A stretch of DNA of 64,000 bases from Saprolegnia diclina VS20 (Eukaryota): NCBI RefSeq assembly GCF_000281045.1, contig NW_008246103.1:212582-276581 (forward strand), in the 5' to 3' direction. Under the pieces are notes generated by a model that was not told the DNA's origin, ran no database searches, and was given only the letters and a program-made list of their open reading frames with translations. Below, piece by piece: positions 1-11,100 of this stretch. The translations under genes were made by a program, and so were the position numbers. Every line of letters starts with the position of its first letter. The stretch's first letter is position 1.

Positions 1-154
1 GGACAAGCGCGACTACGAGATGCCCGAGACCCAAATCACAGGCCTGCTGCAGTGGCTCGACAACTCGCGCGGCCGCGGCCGTATCATCCGCAAAGGCAGT
101 GTGCACGCCGGCATCAAGTTTTCTCACAAACTCTACACGGTCAAAGGCTCGTAA
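1..154 (+). CDS. 3' end of a protein-coding gene truncated by the window edge (..DKRDYEMPETQITGLLQWLDNSRGRGRIIRKGSVHAGIKFSHKLYTVKGS*); product unknown
   Basis: Open frame from position 2 to TAA at 152-154 with GC3-rich codons. A diverged copy at 32942-33049 differs mainly at synonymous sites. Confidence 0.6.
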   Translation, partial: DKRDYEMPETQITGLLQWLDNSRGRGRIIRKGSVHAGIKFSHKLYTVKGS

Positions 155-321
155 TGCATGCAATACGCTTTGGTGGATGCGATTACCAAGTTGGCGCGGG
201 TCATGCTGTCTCTTGATAGCTTTCGCTTGAATGACAACGATAAATGCTACACGTAACGTTAGGGAGCTACGTAGCTACTGTACGTTAGGGTAATAATACC
301 AACACGTCGCTGGCGCCGACC

Positions 322-754
322 TTATCCGGACACTGTTATCTGGATGAAATGCGCTCGGTGCAACTGCCCAGGAGCTTGTTGACGAAGTTTGAAGTTTTTT
401 ACGGAGTCGCATGTTTCGTTATATATACATAGCTGGTGACGCAGGGAGCCCAAAAACCAACGAATCGTGCTCGTAGCGCGCCTACAGCCTGTGCTATACG
501 CATTTCTGCAAATATGCTCGATGATGCAATGATACATTGATACTAAATGCAGTATCAGTTTCTTCAACTTGAACGGCGCATTGCACAGGCTGTAGGCACG
601 CTACGAGCACGATTCTTTGGTTTTTGGGCTCCCTGCATCACCAGCTACGTATATATAACGAAACATGCGACTCCGTAAAAACTTCAAACTTCGTCAACAA
701 GCTCCTGAGCAGCGGCACAGTGCACATTTCATCCGGATAAAGATTTCCGGATAA
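322..754. mobile_element. Foldback / MITE-like palindromic element, copy 1 (arms ~322-501 and ~576-754, spacer ~74 bp)
   Basis: The left arm (TTATCCGGA...GGAGCTTGTTGACGAAGTTTGAAG...CCTACAGCCTGTGC) is the near reverse complement of the right arm. AT-rich and non-coding, with a second copy at 33385-33841. No TSD or transposase seen, so mobility is inferred. Confidence 0.75.
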
Positions 755-1564
755 AATATCCGCAGCCTGTACCGCTTTTGGCCATGCGGTACTGCGACCG
801 TCAAACCTACAGCTGACTCTGGGGCGCCCAGGCCTGGTCTGATTCGGCACCTTGTTGGCTGCGTGGGCATCTTATTGAACTTGCGCCGTCCGCATGGGGG
901 GATCCGTTGGCAGACGGGTTTGCGGACGCAAGGACTCGCTACCACTACTAAGTACAGGCTGGCGCCTACGCTGTGGCATATACTTGATGTGGGGTCGCAA
1001 TACAGAATTCATCGACTTACACTGTAAGCGGCGTCAATCGACAACGCAATCGATGGCGCCAACACCAGCGTCCTCAGCTCAGATTCGATTTTCGAAGCCG
1101 AGCTATATTTAGATCCATACAAATGCCAAGTGGTTTCGGCGGCTCGTACGCTAATTTACACTTTTGGTTCCCTTTTACAGTATATAGTGCTACAAACTCA
1201 CTTCGGGGAGTGAAGCTTTCTTTGTCGGCGAGGGCTTGCAGCATTCCAAATGCAAGAATCGCATCCCTAGGAAAAGCATGGTCTTGAAGCAAGCTATGCT
1301 TCTATACTTCAATCATGGCCATACAACCCAGGGCAACGCCATACTTGTACACTATTTGCGTCGAGAGAGCACCCAAAATACCACCGAACTTCGAAGCCCG
1401 AATTTCGTAGTGCAGAGGCTGCTGCGTATTTTAATCTTTTGTTTTAATCAATAGCAGTGTTTGTAAGCAAATGTCTGAATTATTTTGCACTGCGCAAGAT
1501 ACGCTGGATGTCGTTCCAACTTCGATCTTAATTCGACTTTGCCCATCGCCGAGTCAGTAGCAGC

Positions 1565-3580
1565 ATGGCCGACGACGACTCTGCCCGCGCCGCCAGCCTC
1601 AAGCGCCTCATTCAGCGCCGGCACTGGCAGCGCTGGCGCATCTACGAGATCGGGACGCAGTCGGCGAGCGAGGAGCACCTCGAAGAGCTCCTCGCGGCGC
1701 CATCGCCCAAGCTCGAGGCCATCCGTCACTGGCTGCAGACCAAGCTCATTACGATTCCGGAGCGGCGCCATTTCCTCTTCCGCGGGCTCGTGTGGCAAGT
1801 GCTTCTGCACGTGCACGACCGCCAAAGCTCCAGCGCGGACGAGCTCGGTCGCATCTCGGACCGCCTCGCGTCGTTGCCGCGAGACCCGCTCTTGCGCAAG
1901 GAAGTGTCGGACGCGGTTGCGCTCATGGCAGGTACGAAGGGCGAGGCCGCGCAGCCCGGCATGGAGACCGTGCTCATGTGGCTGCTCACGGCCAAGGCGG
2001 TGCCGTACACGAGCGGCATGGCGCAGGCGCTCGCGCCCTTCTTCCTCCTCGAGCTGCCGCTGCACACGATCTACGATTGCTTTTACCGCTACTGTGCACT
2101 CCACCTGCCGCACTTGGTCTCCGGGACGCTCTCGCTCTTGCCGGACGACCTACACGAGAAGAACCCGATCGAGCTCGAGCAGCGCGAACACATGCTCGAC
2201 AACCTCCTCTTGTACCACGACCCAGCGCTCGCAGCGTTTATCTTTCAATGGGTGCCCGACTGGACGCGCCGCAGCGTCCCTCTCGACTACTTTTACGCGA
2301 ATGTCTACCGCACTGTGCCACCGGCCTCGTTTGTGTACCTCCTCGACGCCTACCTCATCAGCGGCGACATGGAGTTTGGCCTCTTTGTCATCCTATCGAT
2401 CGTCATGCTGGCCCGCGATAGCATAATGGCGCAGTCGAATGCCGAGAGCATCCGCGCGATCCTCAAGCCGCGCTTTGCACTCGACGACGTTGGCACGGCC
2501 AAGGCCACGGTCGTGCTGGCGACGCTGTTGAAGCGGCGGACGCCGTCGTCGTACACGACGTTCTGGCACGCGCGTCCGCACCCAACCTTCACGGTGGCGT
2601 CGGCGACCGCGCCGCCCGTCGACATGAGCGTCTGGGAGAAGCAAGAGAGCAAGACGCTTACTGGTCGCTTTTACTGGGTGCATAAGAAAACCAAGCGCGC
2701 GCAGTGGGAACACCCGAGCGCGCGCCATGACCCGCCGCCGCCGCTCCTGTGTCTCTCGATCTCGACCAACGAGGTTGCCTCCGCCGCGTGCATTCCCGGC
2801 GCAAAAACCGACCTCTCGCTGAGGTACTTTATCGTCGACTGCCGCGGTCGCCGGTCGTCCGAGGACATGAAGAGTGGCGGCATTCCATCTGGGTACACGC
2901 TCGACCCGGCCGTGTTTGACTCGCCCGAGATGATGGAGACGGCGCTCGCGACCTTGCTGCCGCTCCGATCCAATGTGCATCTCGTGCTTGTCGGGCACGG
3001 CGTCACGTTGCCCATGACGCTTGTCACGGACGACGAGACGGCGTCGCTCGTCCGCGAAGGCATCCGCGAAGACGTGGCGATCGTCAACCGCGCCGCGCTC
3101 TGGTTTCAAAAGCACGGCTTTCGCTTTGTGAGCTGCCTCGACGGCGGGTACGCGGCCTGGCATGCCTTTTTGCGCGATACGCCGCAGTGTACGATGGAGG
3201 AGCTCGTGGGCCACGTCAGCAGCGAGTGCCGGTACTGCAAAATCGACGCACGGGCCGCTGCGATCCCGGAGAAGAAGCCAGCGCGCCGCCGATCGTCAAT
3301 CAAGATGCCGACATTGCCAGCGTCCATGTCGCGGCTCTCGTTGACGTCGTCGTCCTCCGGCGGTAGCTCGCGCCTCTCGTTCAGCTCCAAGGACGTCAAG
3401 GGCAAACTCGGCTCTTTTGGCGCCAAATTTTTGCGCAAACGCTCCCACTCGGCGTCGCGCCTCTCGTCCGACTCGCTCGACTTGGACGACTTCCTCGCCG
3501 ACGACACGGCCACCGTGCATGACAGCGCAAGCGACGACGACGAGGAGATTGAAATTGCGCTCCCAACACTCTCAGCGTGA
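1565..3580 (+). CDS. TBC (Rab-GAP-like) + WW + rhodanese-like domain protein, TBC1D23-like
   Basis: 671-aa intronless ORF. TBC motifs (RGLVWQVLL, YTSGMAQALAPF, LLYHDPALA), WW (VWEKQESKTLTGRFYWVHKKTKRAQWEHP), rhodanese-like (FIVDCRG...SGGIP...VSCLDGGYAAWH). Confidence 0.85.
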   Translation: MADDDSARAASLKRLIQRRHWQRWRIYEIGTQSASEEHLEELLAAPSPKLEAIRHWLQTKLITIPERRHFLFRGLVWQVLLHVHDRQSSSADELGRISDRLASLPRDPLLRKEVSDAVALMAGTKGEAAQPGMETVLMWLLTAKAVPYTSGMAQALAPFFLLELPLHTIYDCFYRYCALHLPHLVSGTLSLLPDDLHEKNPIELEQREHMLDNLLLYHDPALAAFIFQWVPDWTRRSVPLDYFYANVYRTVPPASFVYLLDAYLISGDMEFGLFVILSIVMLARDSIMAQSNAESIRAILKPRFALDDVGTAKATVVLATLLKRRTPSSYTTFWHARPHPTFTVASATAPPVDMSVWEKQESKTLTGRFYWVHKKTKRAQWEHPSARHDPPPPLLCLSISTNEVASAACIPGAKTDLSLRYFIVDCRGRRSSEDMKSGGIPSGYTLDPAVFDSPEMMETALATLLPLRSNVHLVLVGHGVTLPMTLVTDDETASLVREGIREDVAIVNRAALWFQKHGFRFVSCLDGGYAAWHAFLRDTPQCTMEELVGHVSSECRYCKIDARAAAIPEKKPARRRSSIKMPTLPASMSRLSLTSSSSGGSSRLSFSSKDVKGKLGSFGAKFLRKRSHSASRLSSDSLDLDDFLADDTATVHDSASDDDEEIEIALPTLSA

Positions 3581-4348
3581 ATCCCACGCCCCCAGAATTA
3601 GTTCTTCGTGCATAGTAAGTTAACGCGGCCACCAGAAAACACAGTGCATTCCGTAAGTTGCGTCACAAAAGCGGATCAGGTCTGATCCTCACGGACGGCA
3701 ATCTAAAAACACTTTACTTTAGCACGTTATCACGCCAAGTTTCACACCACCGTGTCTCGCTGGTGGAGCTGCCCCATGGAGTCGTCGCAGGCATGAGTCG
3801 CAGCCGTACGCCCACTACCTGGTACGGACGGCGTTGCCAGCAGCGAGCTCGCGCCTTGCTGTTGAGGATGCACTGTCGTTCGTGGCACGAATTCCGACCT
3901 CGAATCCCAAAAATCGCGAATCGCCACATGTCCCGTAGAAGAAGCACGATGCGAAGCGAACGTCATACTGGGTGGCGTCACCGCGTGGAGCCTTGGACGT
4001 TTGCGGACGATCGTTGCGCAGTCGTGGACGCTGCTGCCTGCCGTCAAGTTGCAGGGAGGGGACCGCGTCATTGACAAAAGTGGCGTGTGATTAGCCTGCC
4101 GTCCGTGGCGCGTGGTGGGCAACGCGACGTCGCCCGTCCTCATTTTTAATGTGTCTATATATACGATTTGTATGTGTATTTAAATATCGGCTTTAAAATG
4201 CAGGACGAAGACCACATGGATCGTTCGTTCTTGCACCAATCAGAACTGCTTTCCGGGGGCGACGTGACAAGCGACTGCCTATCCCACGGTCGCCAGCGCA
4301 GCCCTTCGTACCATCATCCTACTAGCGACGACGACGACGACGACCAAC

Positions 4349-5389
4349 ATGGCCGACTCGAGCAACCAGCCTGCGTCGCCGGCCAAGGCCCGCGTCGAGG
4401 CCGTGAGCCCGGTCGAGGCCAAACTCAGCGTGTGCACGATCGACACCAAGCCCGAAGACGACGAGTTCGACTCGGATTTGGGGACGCCGACGTCGCCCAA
4501 GGACGCCTTTGGCGAGGACGAGCGCGAGCCCGGCGGCATGTTTGCCAACCACGTCTTCTACGGTCCGTCGGGCCACAAGGACTCGGAGCATGTGCTCCAT
4601 GACACGCGCCGCGTCGAACTCAACCACCCCAAGCTCAAGCTGCCGTACTTTAAGAGCGAGCCGCAGGACGCGGGGCGCATGTCCGTCATCTACGGCGGAC
4701 CGCAGTCGGTCACAGAGCTGCCGCCTGCGCGGCGGTCGGTCATGACGATGGCGCGCTCCAACTTGCCCAAGATCTCGAAGAGTTTGCCGGGCCTTCCGAG
4801 CTTTCTGAGCCGCACGAAGAAGGCGCCTACCGACACGGACCACGCGATGGCGTTCTGCGACGGCTGCGGCGAGCACCCGATCAAGGGCACCGTGTGGTCG
4901 TGCTCGGTGTGCGTCAACTACAACCTTTGCGGGCTCTGCTACTCGCAAGGCATCCATGGGCTAGAGAACACGCCGGCGATGACCATGTACCAAGAACTCA
5001 CGATCCACGACAAGCTCAAGAAGCGCTGCAAGGCGATGACGTCTGAGTTCCTCGGGGTGCTCTTCCGCGACATTTGCAAGATGCAACCGGGCAAGTTTGA
5101 GCACCTCGGCAACTGGCTCGCGGGCATCATCGACAAGAAGACGGACGCGTCCAAGATCATTGCGCGCGGCGTCGAAATCCCTGGCTTGAGCGTCGAGATC
5201 CGCCAAAACTTTATGGGACTGCTCATGCCGCTCGTGTCGAACCGGACCGACATCCAAGTGTACGTCGAGTGGGTCCCGGACGAGGCGGGCCCGAACCTCG
5301 AGAAGCTTCGGATCTGGATGTCGGACCAGAAGACGCGCACCAAGACGCCGTTCTCGCAAGCGGTGGCCCAGTCGGTCGGTGCCCAGTAG
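4349..5389 (+). CDS. ZZ-type zinc finger protein
   Basis: 346-aa ORF with CDGC..PIKG..WSCSVC.NYNLC..CY..GIH matching the ZZ consensus; strong codon bias. Confidence 0.85.
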   Translation: MADSSNQPASPAKARVEAVSPVEAKLSVCTIDTKPEDDEFDSDLGTPTSPKDAFGEDEREPGGMFANHVFYGPSGHKDSEHVLHDTRRVELNHPKLKLPYFKSEPQDAGRMSVIYGGPQSVTELPPARRSVMTMARSNLPKISKSLPGLPSFLSRTKKAPTDTDHAMAFCDGCGEHPIKGTVWSCSVCVNYNLCGLCYSQGIHGLENTPAMTMYQELTIHDKLKKRCKAMTSEFLGVLFRDICKMQPGKFEHLGNWLAGIIDKKTDASKIIARGVEIPGLSVEIRQNFMGLLMPLVSNRTDIQVYVEWVPDEAGPNLEKLRIWMSDQKTRTKTPFSQAVAQSVGAQ

Positions 5390-5750
5390 AATCATCATCT
5401 CTCTTCTCCAACTACGAGCTCATGGACGCCATGAAGGGTGCTGCCCTACATGCGCGCCAGCAGCCTATCTATAAGAACCTTGTATTGCCCTAACGGCGTT
5501 GCATGCACATTGCACTTGGTCAAAGTGCAAAGTGGCGGCCGATCCCTGGCGTCACTCAGGGCCATGTGATGGGTGTTGCACATCGCCCCAAAGCGACACA
5601 TCACCACGGCGTTCGTCGCTGGGGCGCCGAGCTGGGGCGCCGCCGAGGTAGCTGCACCTCAGCTCTGCACCTCCTCTCTCTATCACCAATCAACCAGCTC
5701 AGTCGGCCCGCTTCCTACCTGCCTTTCTCTGGTCATCCACTGGATCTCAA

Positions 5751-8136
5751 ATGCTGGAAAGTCCAGCGGTGACGACAAGTCGGTTTCATGCGGGTTGGGT
5801 CGACGGGCCGAGGTCGGTCGCCAGCGCCGCCGCCGCTGCGCCGGCCAACAAGCAGTATCGTGTCGATATGCTGCCATCTAGAGACGCTCACTTACGAGTG
5901 TAGAGACCCGCACGGAGCTGGCGCCAGGTCGCCACGTCGTCTCGACCGCCATTGACATTGCGCCGTGTAGGGACCAAGGCCCTTGCCAGCGCGGCGCAGG
6001 TCCAGGCGATGCTCAGCGAAGTCGTTCGCATCGGCCTCCATCGCGCCGAGGACATTGCGACGTTGGGCGTAGGCGCTATTTGATGCACGACTCGCAACGA
6101 GGAGTGATTAGGATCGCGCCGCAGTCGCCACGCGCACGACCATACTGCAATGCAAATACCGCGAGGAGTGGCGCTGCAGTACACATGCACAAAGTACGAA
6201 CGAGGCAATATGCTGCTGCTGTAGACCGCGAAGATAGCTTGCTCGACCAACTGCGTACTTCGCCGCAGCTACTGGCTGGCGCGCGCGAAGAAGACGAGTG
6301 CAGCCTCGTCGCGTACTTTCGGTAGAAACCTCGCACGACGCGTTGCCATGTTCAACCAGCAGCGTAGGCGCATCTTGCACGGCATGGTCCAGACAATAGC
6401 GGGCCAAGCCGCTGCTACGGACGACAACAAGGTAGCTGAGAGTGCGCAAGCGAGTAGGGATCATGTTTATGGTATTATAGACACCGTCCAAGGCGCAGCA
6501 ACTCCAGCGAGCCATCCAGCTCGACCGTATCATTGGGCGCATCGAAGCCCACGAGCCGAGTGAAATTTGTCGCGGTACGGCAACCTTTCGTGCGTTCACA
6601 GTCGATCGTCGACGCACAGAGATGGTGGCACTCTCTCGCAAGCAGCTTGCCGACCTTCTCGTCGAAATGCCAGAGAAAAGAGAGGAGAACGCTGCTTCAG
6701 AGGCCCAAGCGGCCCTGCCACTGAGTTCGATGGTCACCAACGTCGTGCGTACCCAAGCAACGTACCTGCCATCGAGCCAGCCAAGTAGCTCGTTTGAGCG
6801 GCTTGTTCACGCCCAACGCTACGCCAAGGACGTTCGTACCAACGGTGCGTGCTCGAACGCAGTACCAGCTCACGCTTACGAGCGTGTGCAGAGACGCTTG
6901 CCAAAGCCCACCGCCGGATCGTGGCCATTCGACGAATTCAGCGCTGGTATCGCCGCTCCTGCGCACAGTATCGCGCCTGCCTTTGCGACTTGAAGAGACA
7001 AGCCGCGGCCGCTGCACTCCTACGCGTACGGCTCCATACGTCGTTCGCACATGTACACACTCAGGACCGCTGTCTAGCGCCGACTACGTTCGCTTTGGCG
7101 ACGACACGTGGCGTGGCTACGTCACTGGGACCGACTGCGGCGACGGCACACGGTATGGCGAGCCGCGCGAGGGGGATCTACCACATACGCCGGGTTAGGC
7201 GCGGCGCCTGTTGCGCTGGTTGTGGTATCGCCGATGTTTGCTGCGTAGCCGGCTGCGCACGGTAGCCGCAACGCCCTGGCCGAAGCTGTTTCATGTTGCC
7301 TCTGCGTAGGACCTACTGCAGCTGACAACGCCGAGCGCCCACGCTGCTGCATGCGTGTAGGATGACTGGGGTCCGACTTGTGGAGCGATGGAGGCGCTGT
7401 AGGATCCAATGTCATCTGCGCCGCGTACTGGCACGGCGGCGCGTTTGGTACCTCAAGTGCATGGCCGCGCACCGTGCGACGCGGCACGAGCGTCGATTGT
7501 GGGCGGTGCGGCAGCAGCGTCACCAGGTGTGTTCGTGCTGTCTTCGCACCTGTCGAGGTGTACCCTCTTTGGCGCCAGGCCACGGCGCCGCTCGTCAATG
7601 AGATGCTCGAGTGGCACTGCATGGTCTCAGTCGAAGTGGCCGTGACGACGCAGTCTATGACAAACGAAAGCGCCGACTTTGAGCGACAATGGAACGTTCG
7701 TGCTGGTTCGTGTCCATATCGTTAGTCAGCAATTGTGCTAGCACTATGCGACGACGCTGACAAAAGCGTGCTTGAAAGCCAAGCTCAGCGACGAGTGGGT
7801 ACCACAAATGGACGTGCGCAATGGTGCGTGCTACTACTTCAACCTCAAGACCGCTACGACTCAATCGAGCCATCCGAATATCCTTTTTCATTCGATACGA
7901 TTGGATAGTACGATCCGATTATTGGCTCCTAGTTTGCCTTGACAAATATTGTACATTTGCAATTGGCCGACCGCCTTCTTGCCAAGCAGCGCCGGCGAGC
8001 CCACGACTTGTACAAGGCGCGCATGACCACGTTAGCATCGCACCTCGAGAGCCTCCGGGCTCTGCAAGCAGCCCACACCGCCGACCTCGACACCCGCTTT
8101 CGCCAAATGCAAGTGCCACATTGTCGCCCCGTGTAA
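5751..8136 (+). CDS. Multi-exon IQ-motif / WW-domain protein (5' end uncertain)
   Basis: Exon-like fragments separated by short GT-AG introns. IQ-like motifs (AIRRIQRWYR ~6925; RIQCHLRRVLARR ~7400), WW-like EWVPQMDVRNGACYYFNLKTATTQSSHP (~7793-7876), and a coiled-coil last exon ending TAA 8134-8136. Confidence 0.5.
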
Positions 8137-8173
8137 AGATGTCGAGAACAAAATCATAAATACGAGGTTGGGT

Positions 8174-11100
8174 TTAGACCACTGCGCGTGGTGAGGCGTT
8201 GGTGAGGTCGACGAGGATGACACTCACGTTGTCGCTCGAGAGACACCGCACCGCTTCTTGCGTGAGCTCTTCGGCCGCCACCTGCAGCTGGCCATGCAGC
8301 GCCAAGCGGCTCACGACAAACGCGACAGCAGCGTCGCAGTCCATGGCTTCCCAAAGCCCGTCGCAGGCGAGGAGCAAGAAGGCATCCGAGGGCTCAATCT
8401 CAACGATCAACACGTCCGGGGTCGCGCTTAGTACAGTGTTGACGGTCTCTTGCGAGTAGACGCGGGCGGCGCGCTCGGACGCTTTGCGCGTCCGACCTTT
8501 GAACTCGAGGTCGCCAAATGTGCGCGTGATCGCAAGCACACCGTTGATGCGGTTGTTGATAATGGCGTGGGCACCAATGATGCCAACGACGAGGTCGACT
8601 TCGTCCTTGGTCGTGCACCGGTGGTCTTTGGTAAGGACGTTGGCGGCGCCGTCGCGGCACAGCACGGCGCGGCAGTCGCCCACATGGCCAAGCACGAGGC
8701 GGCGGCGCGACGCCGGCACAACCTCTAGAAATGCAAACGTCGCCGTCGAGCCGCTCGGGCAGTCGCTCGCGTACAAATAATCGCAGAGGTCGCTGTCTAG
8801 CGCAATACAGGCGTCTTGGATAGTATCCACAATGGCACGAGGAGTGGCGTTCAGCGTTAGAGTTCGCAGCATGCAACGGTGTAAATGTTCTTGGAGGTAG
8901 CTGGCGGCCGTCACGCCGCCGTGGCCGTCGTAGATTGCCACAAACGCCATGGTCTCGCGGCCACAGTCGTACGATGCGAGGTTTGGGATGACCATGCACC
9001 GGTCTTCCTGGGTCGTGCGCCGGCCCTGGACGCTCGCCAACGCCAAGCGGATATGCAGCAGTGCATTGCACGGCTCGCGCAGCATCAAGTTGGCCGATGA
9101 CGCCGTGAGCGCGTCCATGTTGTCCAAATTGGGTGGCAAAACGGCTTGTGCGGTGGGCGCCAGTGTCGTCAAGAGCAGCTCGTCAAGATGATGCATCGAG
9201 GGGGCGATCGCATGCTCGTCGTCGTCGTCGCCATCGTCGTCGTCGTCGCTCGAGTTGACGCCGTCGTTTGAGGGCTGAAGGAGGTCGTCAAACGAGCCTT
9301 CGTTGCGCGCAATGAGCCGCGGATGGCTCTTCTTTTGAGCAAACATTTCACTGCGATAGTGCATCTCTTCGCTCGAGAGGTGCTGATTGCGCTTCTGGAG
9401 CAGCGACCGCCGCTTACTCGACCCGCTATTGCGGTGCAGCGCCTGCAAGTGGTGGCTCCGGGTGTCGCCTGGCGTCTTGGCCTCGAGCACCAGTGTCGGT
9501 GGCGTTGTTGGTGGCGCACTGCCCCCCAAAGCCTTGGACTCGGTGGCACTGGACGACGTCTTGGTTGGCGCTGGGCGGTCGGCGATGAGCGACGGGAGCC
9601 CCGCGTTGGACGTTGTAGCATGGAGCGGAGACGACGTGGCGTGAATGGCGCTGTCGATTTCGTCGGCCGACACTGTGATCCGGACGTTCAAGAGGGGTCG
9701 CCGGCGCAGCGACCGGTCTTTTGTGATCCACGGATGGCTCAATGCGTCCGCCAGCGCCAGGCGACGACTCGGGTCCTTGGTCATAATTTTGTACAAAAAG
9801 TCGGCGAGCGCCGGGTCCACGCCCGGCGGGAGTAGAACGGGATCGTTCTGAATCTTCTCAAAGACTTGGAGAGCCGTTTTTGCCACGAACGGCGGGTTGC
9901 CAAACTTGAGCATGTACAAGGTCGCGCCGACCGCCCACACATCGGCCAGTTGGCCCGAGTCTACGCAAATGATCAATCTGTCAAGTGGGCACTTGATAGT
10001 TGGCACGTACACTGCACGCCCGAGCACATTTCGGGCGACATGAACGCCGGCGTACCCTTGGACTCGAGGAGCTGCTGCTTGCTGCCATACAAATTTTGGG
10101 AAATGCCAAAGTCAGCAATCTTGACAATGCCCTTTTCGCCGATGAGGAGGTTCTGGGGCTTGAGGTCGCCATGGACGATGTTTTGGTCGTGGAGGTACGA
10201 CAGGCCGTGGAGCACTTGGAGGGCGACGCCGTGCAGCTCGGGATCGAGCATCGGCGCACAAATCGTGTCGGTGGTCGAGATCGGCTTTGTCTTTTTTTGA
10301 AAACTCAACAAGTCGCCGAGCTGCATGTACTCGAGGACGAGAAAAAGTCTGTTGACGTGCGGGTCGTCCATGACCTCAAAGAGCCGCAGTACGTTGGGGT
10401 GATTCAGTTTCTTCATGATGGCAATCTCGCGCTTGATGTCGTTGAGCGCGTCCGGCTGCCGATTGAGTTTGCCGTGCTTGTGCATGATATCGCGGTCAAT
10501 AAACTTCATGGCAAAGAGCTGCCCGGATGCCTTCTCTTTGCAGAGCTTGACCTCGGCGTAGCTTCCGACACCGAGGCTCTCCAAGATGATGTAGTTGTTG
10601 ATCATCGTGCGCGAATTGAGCCAATCGCCCGAGATCGGCGTCGGGTGCGGCAAATTGTGGGTGGGCAGCTGCGCTTTCTTCTTCTTGACGACCGTCGTGT
10701 CTCGGATACCAGCGCCTACATGAGTGGTTTCTCTTATATAGCTCTCTCAACGATACATGTACACTACCTGCCACGAGAGGCAGAGGCTCGTTCGAAGACG
10801 CCCCAGATTTCATCTCGACACTTTCCGTGCGCGCTTTGGACTGCGCCGGGACGTCCGGCGTCTCTTGGACACTGGTATGCTCCTTGTCCTTGGTCGGAAT
10901 GTCGGGGCGTGGCCCGCTTTGGAGCCAATCGTCGACACCCTCATCGTCATCGCCGTTGTCCGAGTCGTCACTGCCGACGATGGTAGCCGCGCCAAGAAAC
11001 GAGTGGCTCGAAGCAAGCCAGTCGTGCGCCTCCGCTGGCTCGACATCGGCAAAGCTACTGCCGTTATCGCTCTCGGACCCGCTCGTGTCGACGACTTGAA

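Noticed and set aside
256..296. Two ACGTTAGGG words resembling telomeric repeats or a homing-endonuclease site
   Set aside because: Only two separated copies, with no tandem array and no full recognition sequence.
322..945. Short ORFs over the foldback element (also 33294-33878)
   Set aside because: Artefacts of the palindrome: AT-rich, no codon bias, and frames not preserved between copies.
1195..1220. Possible UUCG-tetraloop hairpin or ncRNA
   Set aside because: The stem is short and imperfect, and no tRNA or snRNA signature is nearby.
1448..3214. Long antisense and alternate-frame ORFs overlapping real genes (also 18294-19346, 27164-28135, 34880-35755, 61906-62844)
   Set aside because: Expected shadow ORFs of high-GC3 coding sequence; no recognisable domains.
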